A stretch of DNA of 64,000 bases from Lepidodermella squamata. Its lineage: Eukaryota > Animalia > Gastrotricha. Below the pieces are notes generated by a model. That model saw only the letters and a program-made list of their open reading frames with translations. It did not search any database and had not been told where the DNA came from. Below are positions 13,401 to 25,985 of this stretch, one piece after another (positions within the stretch are counted from its first letter, which is position 1; the number at the start of each line of letters is the position of its first letter). The position numbers were made by a program, and so were the translations under genes. Location: the NCBI GenBank assembly GCA_047495785.1, contig JBLDXI010000019.1, positions 3,162,001 through 3,226,000 on the forward strand, given 5' to 3'.

Positions 13401-16400
13401 ATTTTCTCAATAATTTGTCGGAGAACGTAAATGCAGTCTCTGGTGCCCTTGAGGGGTTGAAAACCAAATTGCAGTTTAGAAATTTTTGACCCAATTAATG
13501 CTCTCAATTTTCGTTTGAGAATAATGGCATAGAGTTTTCCTACAACACTTAAGAGGCTGATGCCTCTGTAATTTTGGAATTTTGATTTCTCACCTTTATT
13601 TTTATAAATTGGGGTAATTATAGCCGTTGACCATTCTTCTGGGACCCTCTTATCTATCCAAGCTCGATTCAAAATTTCCCTGAGCCATTCAATATTGGCC
13701 TCGCTGGTAAATGATGGTACAGTAAAATCTCCATAATTTAGACACCTTCCGTAGAGGCCTAAAACCGTCTAATAGTGGAGCTGTCTAAGATACGGAAATT
13801 CCGAACAATAGTTGTCTTTGCGGTTCGTCGCCGATATTAAGTGTCTAATCATGGAGGTGTCTAATATATACAGGGTGTTTCATAACTCGCGCACTATATG
13901 AATAGCATGCGGCAAATGCGCGCGCAGTGTTTACAGTTATACGCGTATATTTTACCTATAAATATACTACACACTACTATAGTAAGCCTATAGAATATGC
14001 GTAACACATAAATGTACAGCAAACATAATAGCACTATCTAGCTATTTTCTGGCGGAAAACCTCGATAAATTTGAGCTAAGTTTCAGTAAATATCTTTTTA
14101 AATTCGAGGATGACGTCATGCTTTTCTGAAAAAAGCTGATTGATTGGGCTTAGAAGCTAAAGGTTTCGAAACAATTTCTCTATTTCCGTGGCTGGATATT
14201 TCAGAAACTGATGATTTCTGAGAAAATCCTTATTTTACTTGAAGTTGAATTTATCGATAAATCGTTGGTTAATTAATCTCCTGCCTTTGCATCAACATTT
14301 CTTTCGCGTTGAATGAATACAAGGCACCGGATGCACAAGTTGAGGAAACATGACGTAGTTTAAACCACTGGAAAATGTTCTACATCGAGTGAAAACAGAA
14401 AATCAAGGTTTGCAGTTATATTGAACAGTCTGTGCGCCGGGGCAGCAGCGACGCATCGCCATGAGCCTGGAGATGCGCAGGCTTCTTCAGGAGAAGCGGG
14501 TTCTGGAACGTGCTCTGGGCAACCACGTCGACCGCGAGCTATGCGCCCGGCTCAAGGATCTCGACGCCCGGTTCCGCGCTGCGCAGCACGCTCATCTTCT
14601 CCGTCGCGACATCGCCAATCTTCGAATGGTGGAAGCGCTATCTGCCCAGCACCGTTACCGAGAAGCGTGGGAGCGCCTCCGCCGTCTCGACCGACACAGG
14701 CCGCCGCGTTCGGCTGGGCCCATGAAACTGGATGACGGCCGCGTCTTAGCGCCATCGCCTGAGCTCGCAGATGCTCTCCAGAGTCAGTTCGTCAAGCCGA
14801 TGACGCCGTATGAAGACCCGGCTGCCGATGCTGCGACCAGACAACGTTGGACAACCGATACCTATAGAGCGATTCGTTTCCACCGATCCTGATCTTCAGC
14901 GTACCGATACCCTGCAGCTACCCGGCCCGGGTGAGTTCTCCGTCAGCCAGCGCATGGTGGCTGATGCAGTCGGGCGTCTCAAGCCGTTTAAGGCGCCTGG
15001 GCTGGACGGCATCAGTCCTATATTCTACAAATGGGGCGGGCCGCCGCTTCAGCGCCACCTTCGCCATCTGTTTAACTTCAGCCTCGGCTCCCGATGCGTT
15101 CTGCCGGAATGGAAGGAGGCTGCCGTCATCCCTGTGCCTAAAGCCGGTAAACCGCATGGCGCCGTCTCGTCTCAGCGGCCGATCTCGCTGCTCCCAGTTG
15201 ACGGCAAGCTACTCGAATCGATCATCACGCGCTGGTTGGGTGGGTTCCTGGAGGATCTCAGCCTGCTGCCTGACAACCAGTACGCGTTCCGTGCTCACCG
15301 ATCCGCTCCGGACGTACCGCTGCGAATCGCGCACCGCGTCCACCTCGGCCGGTCGCGTAACCGTAAGGTCATCGTCGTCGGCCTTGACGTACAGGCGGCG
15401 TACGATTCCGTGTGGAGTGCCGGCCTTGCCTTCAAACTCGCCGAACTGCCTCTACCTCGAAACCTGGCCGCCTGGCTTAGCGATTTCCTGCGCGACCGGA
15501 AGCTTCAAGCGCGCGTCGCCGGCTTCCTCAGCCAGCAGCGGACTGTGAACTGCGGAGTCCCGCAAGGGTCGCCCCTGTCGCCCCTGCTGTACATCGTGTA
15601 CACTGCTGACCTTCTAACTGCGCCGACTGCCCCCGGCTGTTCCCTAGACGCCTATGCTGACGATCTCACAGTCGTCGGCGAGGGTGCGAATTTCTAGGAG
15701 GCCGAACGCTGCACCCAGGCAGAGATCGATCATATCTCGCAGTGGGCCCGCGAGTGGCGCCAGAAGTTTAATGCGTCGAAAAGCGAAGCAATGCCTGGCG
15801 CTCGTACCAGACCCGTCTGCACCTCGACGGCTCGATGATCCCTCAAGTTGCCGTGATTCGTGTCCTCGGCGTGCACCTTGACGCCAAGCTGACTTGGAAG
15901 TCGCACGTCGACCAGGTCATCAACCGCTGCACCCGGAACCTGTCCCACTTTCGCCGTATTGCCTGCACCCCTGGCCTCTCTCGCCGATGGCGTCGCACGG
16001 CCTACCTCAGCCTTGTCCGCTCCGCCGCCACTTACGGCAACGTCGTGTTTTGTACCGCGCCCAAGAGGCAGCTGAAGCGGCTTGATGTGTTGCAGAACGA
16101 CTGTCTGCGCAGCCTGCTAAACATCCGCCGCGATGACCGGGTCCGTGTCTCGGAGCTGGAACGCCGCTGTGGCGTGAAGAGCCTGCCTGCCTTTTTCGAA
16201 CAGACCCAGCGCCGTTATGCTGCGAATGCAGTCCGGTTCGTCCTCCCTCTTAGAGAAGAAGTTGAGCGACTCCGCCTCTCCGCTGGCCTTGATCGCCAGC
16301 AGGCTTCCTCGGGGTCCTTTGCCCACTTTCGATGTCTGATCTTGCCGCCTCTCCCTCTTCCTCTATCCTTTGCTTTCTCTTCTCTCTTCCCTTCTTCTTC

Positions 16401-19400
16401 CTCCCATTCTCCCTCGCTGTGTTTACGTGCCTGTCTGCTTTCGATAAATCATCCATCACCCCGCCCACTTGTGTCCACAGCGCACTGCCGCCGGCAAGCG
16501 CATATAATCTCGCGACCCCGCGTCATTGATATCTTTACTTATTTTGTCTCCCCTGTTTATGTGATATCAATGAACAATAAATATTTGAATTTAGAATTTA
16601 GCAGTCCATCACGTGGACTTAACGTAGATATTCCATTTCGTGGATAACTATTCGAAATTTGCACGAAATAAAACCAAAATATCTAGGACAAAATGGATGA
16701 GGATAAAGAAAGCCAAATTCGTGGCTGGAATTTTATAAATCTTTCGAAAACCTAAGAAAAACTGAAAAATTGGCATTTTTCAACCTTCAAGCTCCTGCAT
16801 CTCCAAAAAACCGAAGATGACAATTGCATGTTCACATATCACTAAAGTACCCAGGGGCTACTCTACAAGTGCGTTTGATCGTGACGAAAGTCTATCCACG
16901 AGAATCGCGAGGAATCGCATGTCAAACAACGTCGTAGAGAGGCAGTTTTTGGGCCCAACCGGGTCATCTTTGCGACCCTCCCTCTTGAGAACCCGTGGAT
17001 GAATGCTTGATATCGTTGATTTTATTTCTTGATATCGTTAGAAAGCCGGTGGTGTGCGCTTTTCATCAGGCACGCATACCTCTTGCACGCCATATAACAC
17101 GTAATACGTCAGCTGCAAAACATAGAGCATTTACTGGTTGCGCTATCCGCGCATTATACCGTAAGAATATAAACATAGGTATGCGCGCGGAACGTATGGC
17201 GCAGCGCGCGCAAGTTTACTATAGATACCATGGCAACCATTTACCGCAGGTGATTCATAGTGCGTGAGTTCTGAAACGCCCTGTAGACATCTAATTTATG
17301 GAGGTTTTACTGTAATTACTTAATTGTTGAATAACAAGGATTAGCTTGCCTTTGCATCTTCTACAGTTTCATCGATCGCGATTTAGAGTGAACTAAAAGA
17401 ATCATAAAACATTTCATTTATTTTGTGCCTTATTTTGTGCGGCATTAAAATTTTAAGTAAAACTGAATCTGATTCCCGAGCCTTATTCGTGCCTTAGCAT
17501 ATTTTATCGCGAAAAAATAATCGTGAACATTAGCAAAGCCATTGACTTGAAGTACGGCGATTTCTCGACTTGTTAAAATTATCGTTATAAACCATAATTC
17601 GAAGTTGCGAACATTTCTTGAAGCGCCGACAAAAGCGGTTTACCCAGGGCGATTTTTTGAAAAAGTCTTTCAATTCGACTTTCTTAGAAGCAGTTGTGAC
17701 GATTTATTTCTGAATAAGAATATGTACTGTTATCCTAATTTTCGACCAGTTCTTTTATTATTAGAAATATAGAACAAATATTGCCATGTGCCTCTCAAAA
17801 AGACCTATCCGATGACACTTGGTTCTTTGAAATCTGGCCATTTACAGCTTAGAAATCGATGGTTGAAAGTTTGAATTTTTCGATTTTTGGCCTTCAAGAA
17901 ATGGATGAATCAGCAGACCACCTGGCGCCCATGGCGTTACTCCCCTTTTCCCGTGAGTAGACAGTCTATACTATATTATGTCTATGTACGTAGCTAAAAT
18001 GCCCCATGTAATGTCAATTTTCACCCACATGTTTGGAATCCGATAAAACGCATATAAAGTTGACTACTAGGTAGAGTCGGCATCCTGGATTTCAAATATG
18101 CATTCATTTCTCATTCAAGCCAAGAATCGGAGATAATATGGGGGAAAAACAAAATTCGATCAGTATCGATATAATATGAAAATAGATAATTTCGGAAGTT
18201 TGAAGGATCGTGATATCGTTAGCGACGTTGAATAACTCGGATTTAGGCTTGTTTACTTCCGTTTCAATGTCACGGGTGACAAGTAAAAAGCGGTTTTTTC
18301 AATTTCAATGAAGAGGCAAAAACAAAAGACTTTTTACTTGTCATCTATCACCTTGAAATGGAAGTAAACAAGCCTAAATCCGAGTTATTCAACGTCGCCA
18401 ACGATATCTTCCGTAATTGCGGAATTGAAATTCCCGATGCCGACCTAGTGGTCAACTTTGGGTTTCATGGGATTTCAAAATTTTGGGGGGAAATTGACAC
18501 GACCTGAGACATTTTGGCCATGTATTATCAGGAATTGGTGAACTCTCTCGATCTCTAACCGTAATAGCTGCGGAAGGTTCTGATATTGATTTTTGGATTC
18601 TCTGTACACGATTTAGTATTGGAATGATCTTTTTGGGAGAACCTAACTGTCCAAAGTCATTTGACGAGCTTGCATGGAAAGTTTGGATGATCACCAAGTT
18701 CACCCTGTCATAAGACAGGGGAAGAAGATCTTTTGAGACCAACAGGGTGAAGCTGTTCTCTCAAAAAGATCTTTCCAATACTAAATCGAGTACGGAGAAT
18801 CCAAAAATCAATATCAGAAGCTTCCAGCTATTACGGTTAGAGATCGAGAGAGTTCACCAAGAATACCCTGGATCTCCCCTAAGGGGTACTAAGACGTCGG
18901 GGGGGCAAAAAGTTAATTTTTCTGACCTATTGTTTTTTCAACGGTTTCTAGGTAATTCGACCACGCTGAGTTCAGCGCAATTTACTGAAATGATCTATCC
19001 CGCATAGTTTTCGCGCCGCGACTTAGGGAAGCCTTGGACGACGCCGCGACCGCGCGCGCGCTCGTTTCCCAACGAAATCCCAACGAAAGGAACGAAATCC
19101 CGTTGCTAATGTAAACAAAATATTTTGGGTGTGACTTTTTTTATCCGACCAATGTCTTATTTCATCCGACATGAAAATATCGATTTTCTCGATTTTCCCA
19201 AGTTCGATTTTTCCGTAGGGGCAGACCCCTTTCATGCACCCTATTTTGGCCCCTGAACCGGCGGAATTTTATGGTGAAAGTTTCATCGCGATCCGAGTTG
19301 TCACTTTTTTACTGTAATTTTTTGAAAATATGAAAAAGCAAGTCGGCTGGTTTTAGTCACATTTTTGGCTGTCGGATGAAATAAGACATTGGTCGGATAA

Positions 19401-22400
19401 AAAAAGACATTGGTCGGATGAAAAAAGTTTTCCCCAATATTTTTATAATTCTAAAATCTTTATAATTTTAAGCTCTAAATTTGCTTTCAAATGCAAATTT
19501 AATTTGCAGTGAAAAACATGCAGGAAAACGCGAAATTTGAATTTCTCGTCGTTCACTTTTCTAGGGGGGGAGGGGGGGGTCTGCAAATGAGCCGCATTTT
19601 TTGAAAGGATATAAATTAATACATAGACATATTCGTATGAAAGTGTGTGTTACATACCTTATCGTTGCCATAATGATCCTTGTAGTAAGCATAACCGAAG
19701 TAAGCATTCCGCCTCAACTGGAACGACGTGACGTAGTAGCCAGTGCTGTAGTCACCTTGCGTTGCGAGAGCCGTGACTATGCGTTCTTCGCTGAAAAGAA
19801 CTGTCAAATATTGGTCTGTCGTACCGGCAGGCTGCCAACAACACGCAATGGAGCCACTTGTGCTAGCATTTCCGATCCACAAATTGTTCAGACGATATTG
19901 ATTGAATTTAACGCCAGCGGCGGAGGTGAAGACCGAGCTTAGTGTTACTGTGGCCGAAGATGTCAGATCAACCTCGCAGGAATGTCCTTGAACTATAAGA
20001 AAATACTATAATACTTGCGGCTTTTTCTGAAAAAAAACCCACGGGAAGTTGGAGCAGGGCATTGTGACGCCAATTCCATGGCTAGGTATTGATCCAGGTA
20101 AGTTTGATAAATGCTGTAGCAGGCTAACTCGCCCTTAGCTTGAAACAAGTCGTACAAGTTCCGCCCCATGACTAACCGGTCGATCGTTAAATGTGTAGAG
20201 TCTGGGAAAGGCACTGACGAGACCCTCGCACCATTTACGAAACCTTCGAATTTCATCGAGCCTGCAGTCATATCGTGTGTGAGCATGTGGTGCGTCCATG
20301 TGTTCAGAAAGTTCGAGTAGGTCCAGTTATAGCTGACACTTCGCCAATACCATGTGCCTGACGACAATAAGTATGAATAATGGGTTATCTCCTGCGGAGT
20401 TTTAAACTGAATGCCATGTTTCGGATTGACCGTTATTTGATTCAGTGTCATAACTGGCACGTATGCGCTGTTCGCCGTCTCCTTGCTGTAGAAATAGACG
20501 GCCATAGTGTGTGACGTGGAGCCGAACAGTTGGGCCGGTGAAGTCGTGTAGTAGTAATTGTTATCTGGCGAGGATGTCGCGAGTGCCCAAATCGAGTCGT
20601 TCCCAGACCGCCATGGATACCCACCGCCGGACAACCAACTGCCGCTAGCGGAAACTATTTCAGTATCGGGACTGCTAAACCACGTTGGTCCAAATGACCT
20701 ATCTAAAGGTGAAGAAGCCGTATTTCGCATGGCTGGCGCTGCTGTCATAGGGCATCGCCTCAACGAATAAATCTGGCGGCTGCCCAACGGGAATTTGTAG
20801 AAATGGACGCAGGCGACTTTCATCGGTGCGTAGCCACCAATGCCCATATAATTCCCAGTTGCCGTGACACCAGGTACACAATAAGTATACAGAGTTGAGA
20901 CAACTTCACCGTCTAAATATATGTATGATGTAGACCTCCCGTAATCGAACGTGAAGCCAATAAATGCCCAATTGTTGGCAGTTACTTTCGAGCTAGATAA
21001 CGGTAATGTTTGCAATGCTCCATTTTGACGGCACGCGAACTTTGCTGTAAGGCTTCCATTGATCATTGATACGGTAAAACTTGAGTTGGTGGCGTCGTAA
21101 AACCAGCCGAATAAAATGCCATCGAGCGAGCCAGTTGGCATGATGTGGACCAGCACAGTGAACGAGGACTGTTGGTCCAAGGAGTTTCCAGGGGCTGTCA
21201 AGCTTGCGCTAGCTGATGGCAGGTCATAGGCTCTATGAAAATCAGTATGAGAAATCATTTTAGAATAGCGGAATTAACTCACGTATCCGTAAAGCTGTAA
21301 AATTTACTGCACACAGCATTGTTTGCGGTGAAAGCGGCTGTGGTTCCCAATATCGGGCTTGTATTGCAATTCAGCGGGTAGATTGCGATCGGGGCAGGGG
21401 CTAATAAACAAAAAGACAAATTAGAACTAACAAATTGGTAAAAAGGGCGTGAATGGCGGGGCACAAGGAGTGGTCCAGGGTTTAGAGGAAAGAACCTCTG
21501 GGGAAAGATGGGGAAAGTTGGGGAAAGATGGAACAAGGCTTTGCTCTAAAACTACGTTACACGTTACCGTATTTGCCAAAAATTAGTTTTGATTATAAAC
21601 CGAGCGAAGCGAGAAAATTCTGAAGATTTTCTACTAAAACATGCTCCACAACCTCTCAAATGTAACGAAACGTTAACGAAACATTTCTCATTTTGCTTTC
21701 CGAGCCTGGCCGAGCTGGAGGGGATGATCCCCCTCCCCCATCCCCCCTGAAAATCGCACACTGCACACTGATTAAACTATCTACCGAACTACGAGGCGGG
21801 GTCAAAATATAGGGCAGAACCGAAATCATAGAGAGCATGTGCCTTAAATTACGAAGTGATCGGACCAAGTGATCAAGTTTTGATTATCGATTATCGATAT
21901 CAGCCAATGGTTTGACGATCGAAGTGATTTGTAGTGATTTTTGAAGTCAGCATACCCTGATTACATTTACTGGTACTCTGCCGGAAAAAAATCATCGGTA
22001 TCGGTTATTGATTATTGATTATCGATTATTGTTGCCGAAACTCAATAATAATCTTGAGAAAATAGCAGGGTTGGGGTTTATACAGATATTTCAAATTTCC
22101 GATCTGTTTAAACGTTTAAACACATGTTTAAACAGGTATATATACAGATAGTGTAAAAATGGGTATTTTGCTCCGAGCTACATCTCGTCAACCGTATCTC
22201 TAGTTGAATTTTAAGTTGCACCACGTGATTCTGCGTGAAAAACTGCATAGTTTGATGTATTACTCGACTATTTTCTCGTTCAGAAGACAAAATGATGAAG
22301 GTGCAATAAAGTAATAAAATAATTCAAAAAATTCAATTATTTCCGGAAGTATGACAGCTACTGAAATTCTGAAAACGGATTCGGATCCGCCGTGAAAAGT

Positions 22401-25400
22401 TACCCCGCCGGGGATTCTCAGGGGGTTTGCAAGGTCAAAGGAAGCGGTTTTGCCGATTTTTTTGAACATTTCAACTTTAAAGGCACGAAACCGCCCAATT
22501 ATACCCTACCGGAAGCATGAACTGATTTCGCGATATCTTCGTTATGTCAGATAGAGGCTTGAAACTTTGGATTCTAGGGTAACTTTTGCCGCTGAACAAG
22601 CTGGTGACATCAGCTTTATAGCATTCGACACCGATTATCGGTTATCGATTATCGGTTATTGGTGATCTATCAGCTGACTGATTGACATTTACTCAGCCAT
22701 TTTCGATTGTTTCTTCAGAGCTCAGAGCTTATATCTACCATCAGCTACATCATAAGCAAATGTTAGGAAACCTGATCTATATTTTTATGCTCCGATATAC
22801 CATTTAAGTTAGATCGTAGTGAAAACACTGTTCGACCTGTATAAACCCTGTTTTTTCAGATTTTTCGGACCTGTTTAAACAGTATGTTTAAACATACTGT
22901 ATAAACAGATTGTTTAAACAGCCCCAACCCTGGAAAATAGGTTTGGAATTTCAGACCTAAGTGCGACATTCACATCGAGTCCATTTATCAATAACCCCCA
23001 GGTGGCTTTCGCAATATTTCCTTAAATTTATCTAAAAATGTAAATGGAGTTAGAGTATTACTGAGAGAAGAATAGTAGACAGAGCCTTCGGTATTTTCGG
23101 TAATAAATTTTAATGAAGCCCGATTGCACTCTGACCCTGATCAGAAGGGATCTCAAATACAGGGAAAACTTACTCAGCCAAGGGCATGTCATGGCTTGGC
23201 TTATTTCAGACTTGTCAAGGCCGCGCTCATACAACTGCATACAGGCCACACGTCCGCTCCACGAACTCCTTATCACGAAGTATTGCATCAGCCTGAAAGC
23301 ATCAGCAGAGCAGCCGACATGAGCAATTGCTCGATCATAGCCATCAATGTAGATTCTAGCCACCCCAGTTTTGCAGTCAATAGTCAAGGCGAAGAAGAAC
23401 CAACGTTCAGTCGGCACGACAACACTGGTCTTCGGCCAGTTCCAGGATGTAGTCCCGGCAGAATAGTCGACTTGAAGCTCCAAGTTCGAAGTTGTCCAAA
23501 TCATCAGCCGGCTGACGTTATACTGTGCTTTGTTCCACATAAGGTAGACAGGGACATTGGTCGTGTTCGGATAGAAGAGCCACATCCCGTAGGTCCAGCC
23601 GTTGTTCTGGTCCAAAGTGTCTATTCCTGCAGTTGGGATTACAACACGCCAATCGCTCCCGCTCCATAGCAGAGACCCGCCCTGCCGGTTATCGATTCCT
23701 GAACCGAAGGTCAGCATTGATGCTGGCAAGATCGCGTTATTGCCATTCTGAGATAAATCATCCCCGCCGCGGACGTAATCAAATAGCCATAGACCGTCGG
23801 GATTGAGAGATACAATAGCTGGCAAGTTGGGCGCGACTAACTCAATTGAACTAATGGTCTTGCTGGATCCTAAATCGATAGATACATAGCCCCGATCTGA
23901 AGACAACGGGCTCGGAACTCGAGTGCAGTTTGAAATGAACTGTTCACTGATTCCTCGCTGAGTTTTTAGGACTTCAGTCGTCGCCAGCTTGCTAATCGGC
24001 GTGTTATCCACACTAGAGGATGATGCAATAGGAGCATTGATGGCCAGGTTTTCCATATACCGAGGAACGGCTAAGAAGGAAAGCATAATGCTGAATCAAT
24101 AAAGTGTTCTTAAGATTACTCTTGCATCCTAATATTTCGACTCGGTAGCAAACCAGCGTTGGAATGGCAAGAGGGAAGAAGCCAAAAACTCGTCCGGTGA
24201 TGGGCCGTGGTAGCATTACAACTGTAGTTCTTATAGGATCGGTATTTCCACCAGCAACAGGCGAACTGTCGTCATTTCTTATGTCGATCCAGCCATCACT
24301 AGGCTGAACCTTATACTTGAAACGCATAACCTTTACCCATTTGTTGACAGCAGAGCAGCCTTGCAGCTCGAACGCATTCACAATGGTCTGCTTTAAGAGA
24401 TCTATAGCTAAAGAAGAGGGATTGCTACTCGCCGCCAGCCCCCACTGGAGCCGGGCATAATACGGAGGTATCGTGTAGGTAGGAATCGAAAATTGGCTGT
24501 CTTCAATCTCGCCATTCTCCACCCCAAGAGGCTCCATGCAATTAGCTGGGCAGCCGAAGAAGCCGAACTTGGCACAACGTGTCCAGGTTCCAGTGCCATT
24601 CTCCATGGTTGAAGAAATTTTGAAGTATCGCAAGAGGATCGGTTGGAAAAACGTGAAAGTCGAGATGGCAGACGAAGTCGGATTGACGAGCTTCAAATGA
24701 AAGGAATTAAATGAAAGTAAGGGTATTAGAGAGGAATCTTACCTGCTGGACACCGCGACCATTGGCCACGGTCTGATAGGTTACTTCATCCAAGCTGTAA
24801 TCCATACGGAACTGGACAAAACATGAGTTGCTCGCGCATTGGTACTGAAACTGAGTCAGCCAGACAAATCGCTGCAAATCGACCTTGAACCACGCGCCAA
24901 CTGGGGCATTGTTGGCAAGACATGCAAATCTCCCATGAAACGAGCTGATCCTAGCAAAAGCGGGGTGGTCTTCCATCAGTGTTGGGTAGACAGTGTTCAT
25001 TGTCGATGAAACAGAGCTGTAGGCTGAATCGCTTATGTAGCTTGTATCGGCATCAAGATTTTCAACAGGGCTGCTCGGCTCAGGGTCTGTCGCATATCGC
25101 TTCCAACACGGGCACTGCCTTGCTGATTTAAGAATTGTTTCATAGTAAGATCCACTATTACATGAGGCCTTCTTTGATGAGCACTGGTTCGACTTGCTCA
25201 TGACGCTTCGCCCGGTTGGTACAAATGTGTTGAAGTCACTGTTAGCTGACAGCATCATTAGATTAGATCCATCAGGCGAAGCTTTGAAGAGTCCACAGAT
25301 CTTATTGCTTTTACGATAGTGAGCAGATAAGCAGGCGGGCTCGGCTCCACATAAATTGGCACACATTGAGTCCTGAGGCAGGTTCACAAGGAACACCTGT

Positions 25401-25543
25401 AAACTAGACAAATCAGCAAGCCCACTTGATGCTGCAGGGGCGAGAGCGGTATTGTCATAGCGTTTGAAATAGGAGCCGGTCTCAACAAAGGCAACAAAAG
25501 TCGCCATTAGCCAACTCAACAGCTCAGCTCTTGTTACGCTCAT
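10446..25543 (-). CDS. Secreted multidomain lectin-like protein A2 (~1,724 aa), tandem paralogue of A1. Exons 25543-24743, 24690-24120, 24070-23174, 21400-21283, 21232-20043, 19992-19658, 11761-11623, 11569-10446
   Basis: Same eight-exon structure and phases as A1. Exons sum to 5175 nt, in frame with no internal stop. Exon translations are clearly homologous to A1. Introns 3 and 6 are expanded to ~1.8 kb and ~7.9 kb. Confidence 0.85.
11950..13704 (-). mobile_element. 5'-truncated RTE-clade non-LTR retrotransposon (RT ORF 13672-12059) in intron 6 of A2
   Basis: RT motifs YRGISLL, QFGF, FIDLEKAYD, GLRQG.PLSPLLF, FADD, FKYLGS and C-terminal RGRPRTRW. 3' AATAAA and (ATT)n tail. 11-bp TSD TGGTAAATGAT at 11939-11949 and 13705-13715. 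Confidence 0.92.
13871..17283. mobile_element. Non-autonomous Tc1/mariner-type element (~1.24 kb without its own insert), nested in the MITE
   Basis: TA duplicated at 13869-13870 and 17284-17285. TIRs CAGGGTGTTTCATAACTCGCGCACTAT and ATAGTGCGTGAGTTCTGAAACGCCCTG. No transposase ORF seen. Confidence 0.8.
14431..16601 (+). mobile_element. 5'-truncated, decayed GC-rich Jockey/I-group-like LINE (RT pseudogene), nested in the Tc1-like element
   Basis: Motifs KAPGLDGI, WKEAAVIPVPK, RPISLL, LDVQAAYDSV, GVPQGSPLSPLLY, YADD, LGVHLD.KLTW..HV. Frameshift near 14860, premature TAG at 15695-15697, second frameshift near 15800. AATAAA at 16577 and a TTT(A)GAA-type tail. Possible short TSD CAGTC. Confidence 0.88.
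18212..18408. mobile_element. Palindromic MITE-like element with ~78-bp inverted arms
   Basis: GATATCGTTAGCGACGTTGAATAACTCGGATTTAGGCTTGTTTACTTCC... is matched by its reverse complement. A related copy lies at 63704-63873. Confidence 0.75.
18534..18860. repeat. Long inverted repeat (~110-bp arms), foldback/MITE-like
   Basis: TTGGTGAACTCTCTCGATCTCTAACCGTAATAGCTG... at 18534-18642 pairs with ...CAGCTATTACGGTTAGAGATCGAGAGAGTTCACCAA at 18755-18860. Confidence 0.75.
19133..19408. repeat. Inverted repeat (~38-bp arms), probable non-autonomous DNA element
   Basis: TTTTTTATCCGACCAATGTCTTATTTCATCCGACA versus TGTCGGATGAAATAAGACATTGGTCGGATAAAAAA. Confidence 0.65.
22066..22932. mobile_element. Non-autonomous hAT-superfamily element (867 bp) in intron 3 of A2
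   Basis: TIR CAGGGTTGGGG...CCCCAACCCTG. Perfect 8-bp TSD GAAAATAG at 22058-22065 and 22933-22940. Subterminal TGTTTAAAC repeats at both ends. Confidence 0.88.
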
Positions 25544-25985
25544 ATATTTCGTTCTTGGTGAGTCTTTGGCTAAGCGTTTTTTCTCATACGAATATGCAAT
25601 GTATACGTATTCACTTTTATTGCCTAAGTTTAACGGACATGAGCGATTTTTCTGATGGTGGGCGATGCGTGATATAGGCTATGATTTCTTTTCTGGCATC
25701 GGTATGAACTTCACCTTGATCATTACTCGCCAGTCATTTTCAGGCGCGAACTTTATTTCCCATTGCTTCCTCCATGCTGGAGCTAACAGAGAGATTGGTG
25801 AGATGAATTTAAATTTTCCTATTCGCGACGCCCCGTCGACCATCGATCCACCAACCGAGCAGCCGCGCAAATGATAAATAATTAACTTGAACAAAATTTA
25901 GCGCAATATCGATTTGATACCTCTGTGTGTTATCGACTGAAAATCCTCAGGTCGCGCATTTTACTTTTTTTACTCAATAGCAGGG

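Larger units (their letters stand above)
13720..17312. mobile_element. Pogo/Tigger-like MITE (~178 bp when reconstituted: 13720-13870 plus 17286-17312), split by a nested element
   Basis: TA flanks. TIRs CAGTAAAATCTCCATAATTTAGA and TCTAATTTATGGAGGTTTTACTG. Internal TGTCTAA..GGAG repeats. Confidence 0.8.

Noticed and set aside
19601-19942. 113-aa plus-strand ORF with a hydrophobic N-terminus, and similar short ORFs overlapping real genes
   Set aside because: It is the antisense shadow of A2 exon 6. Such ORFs are explained by the opposite-strand or alternate-frame coding sequence.
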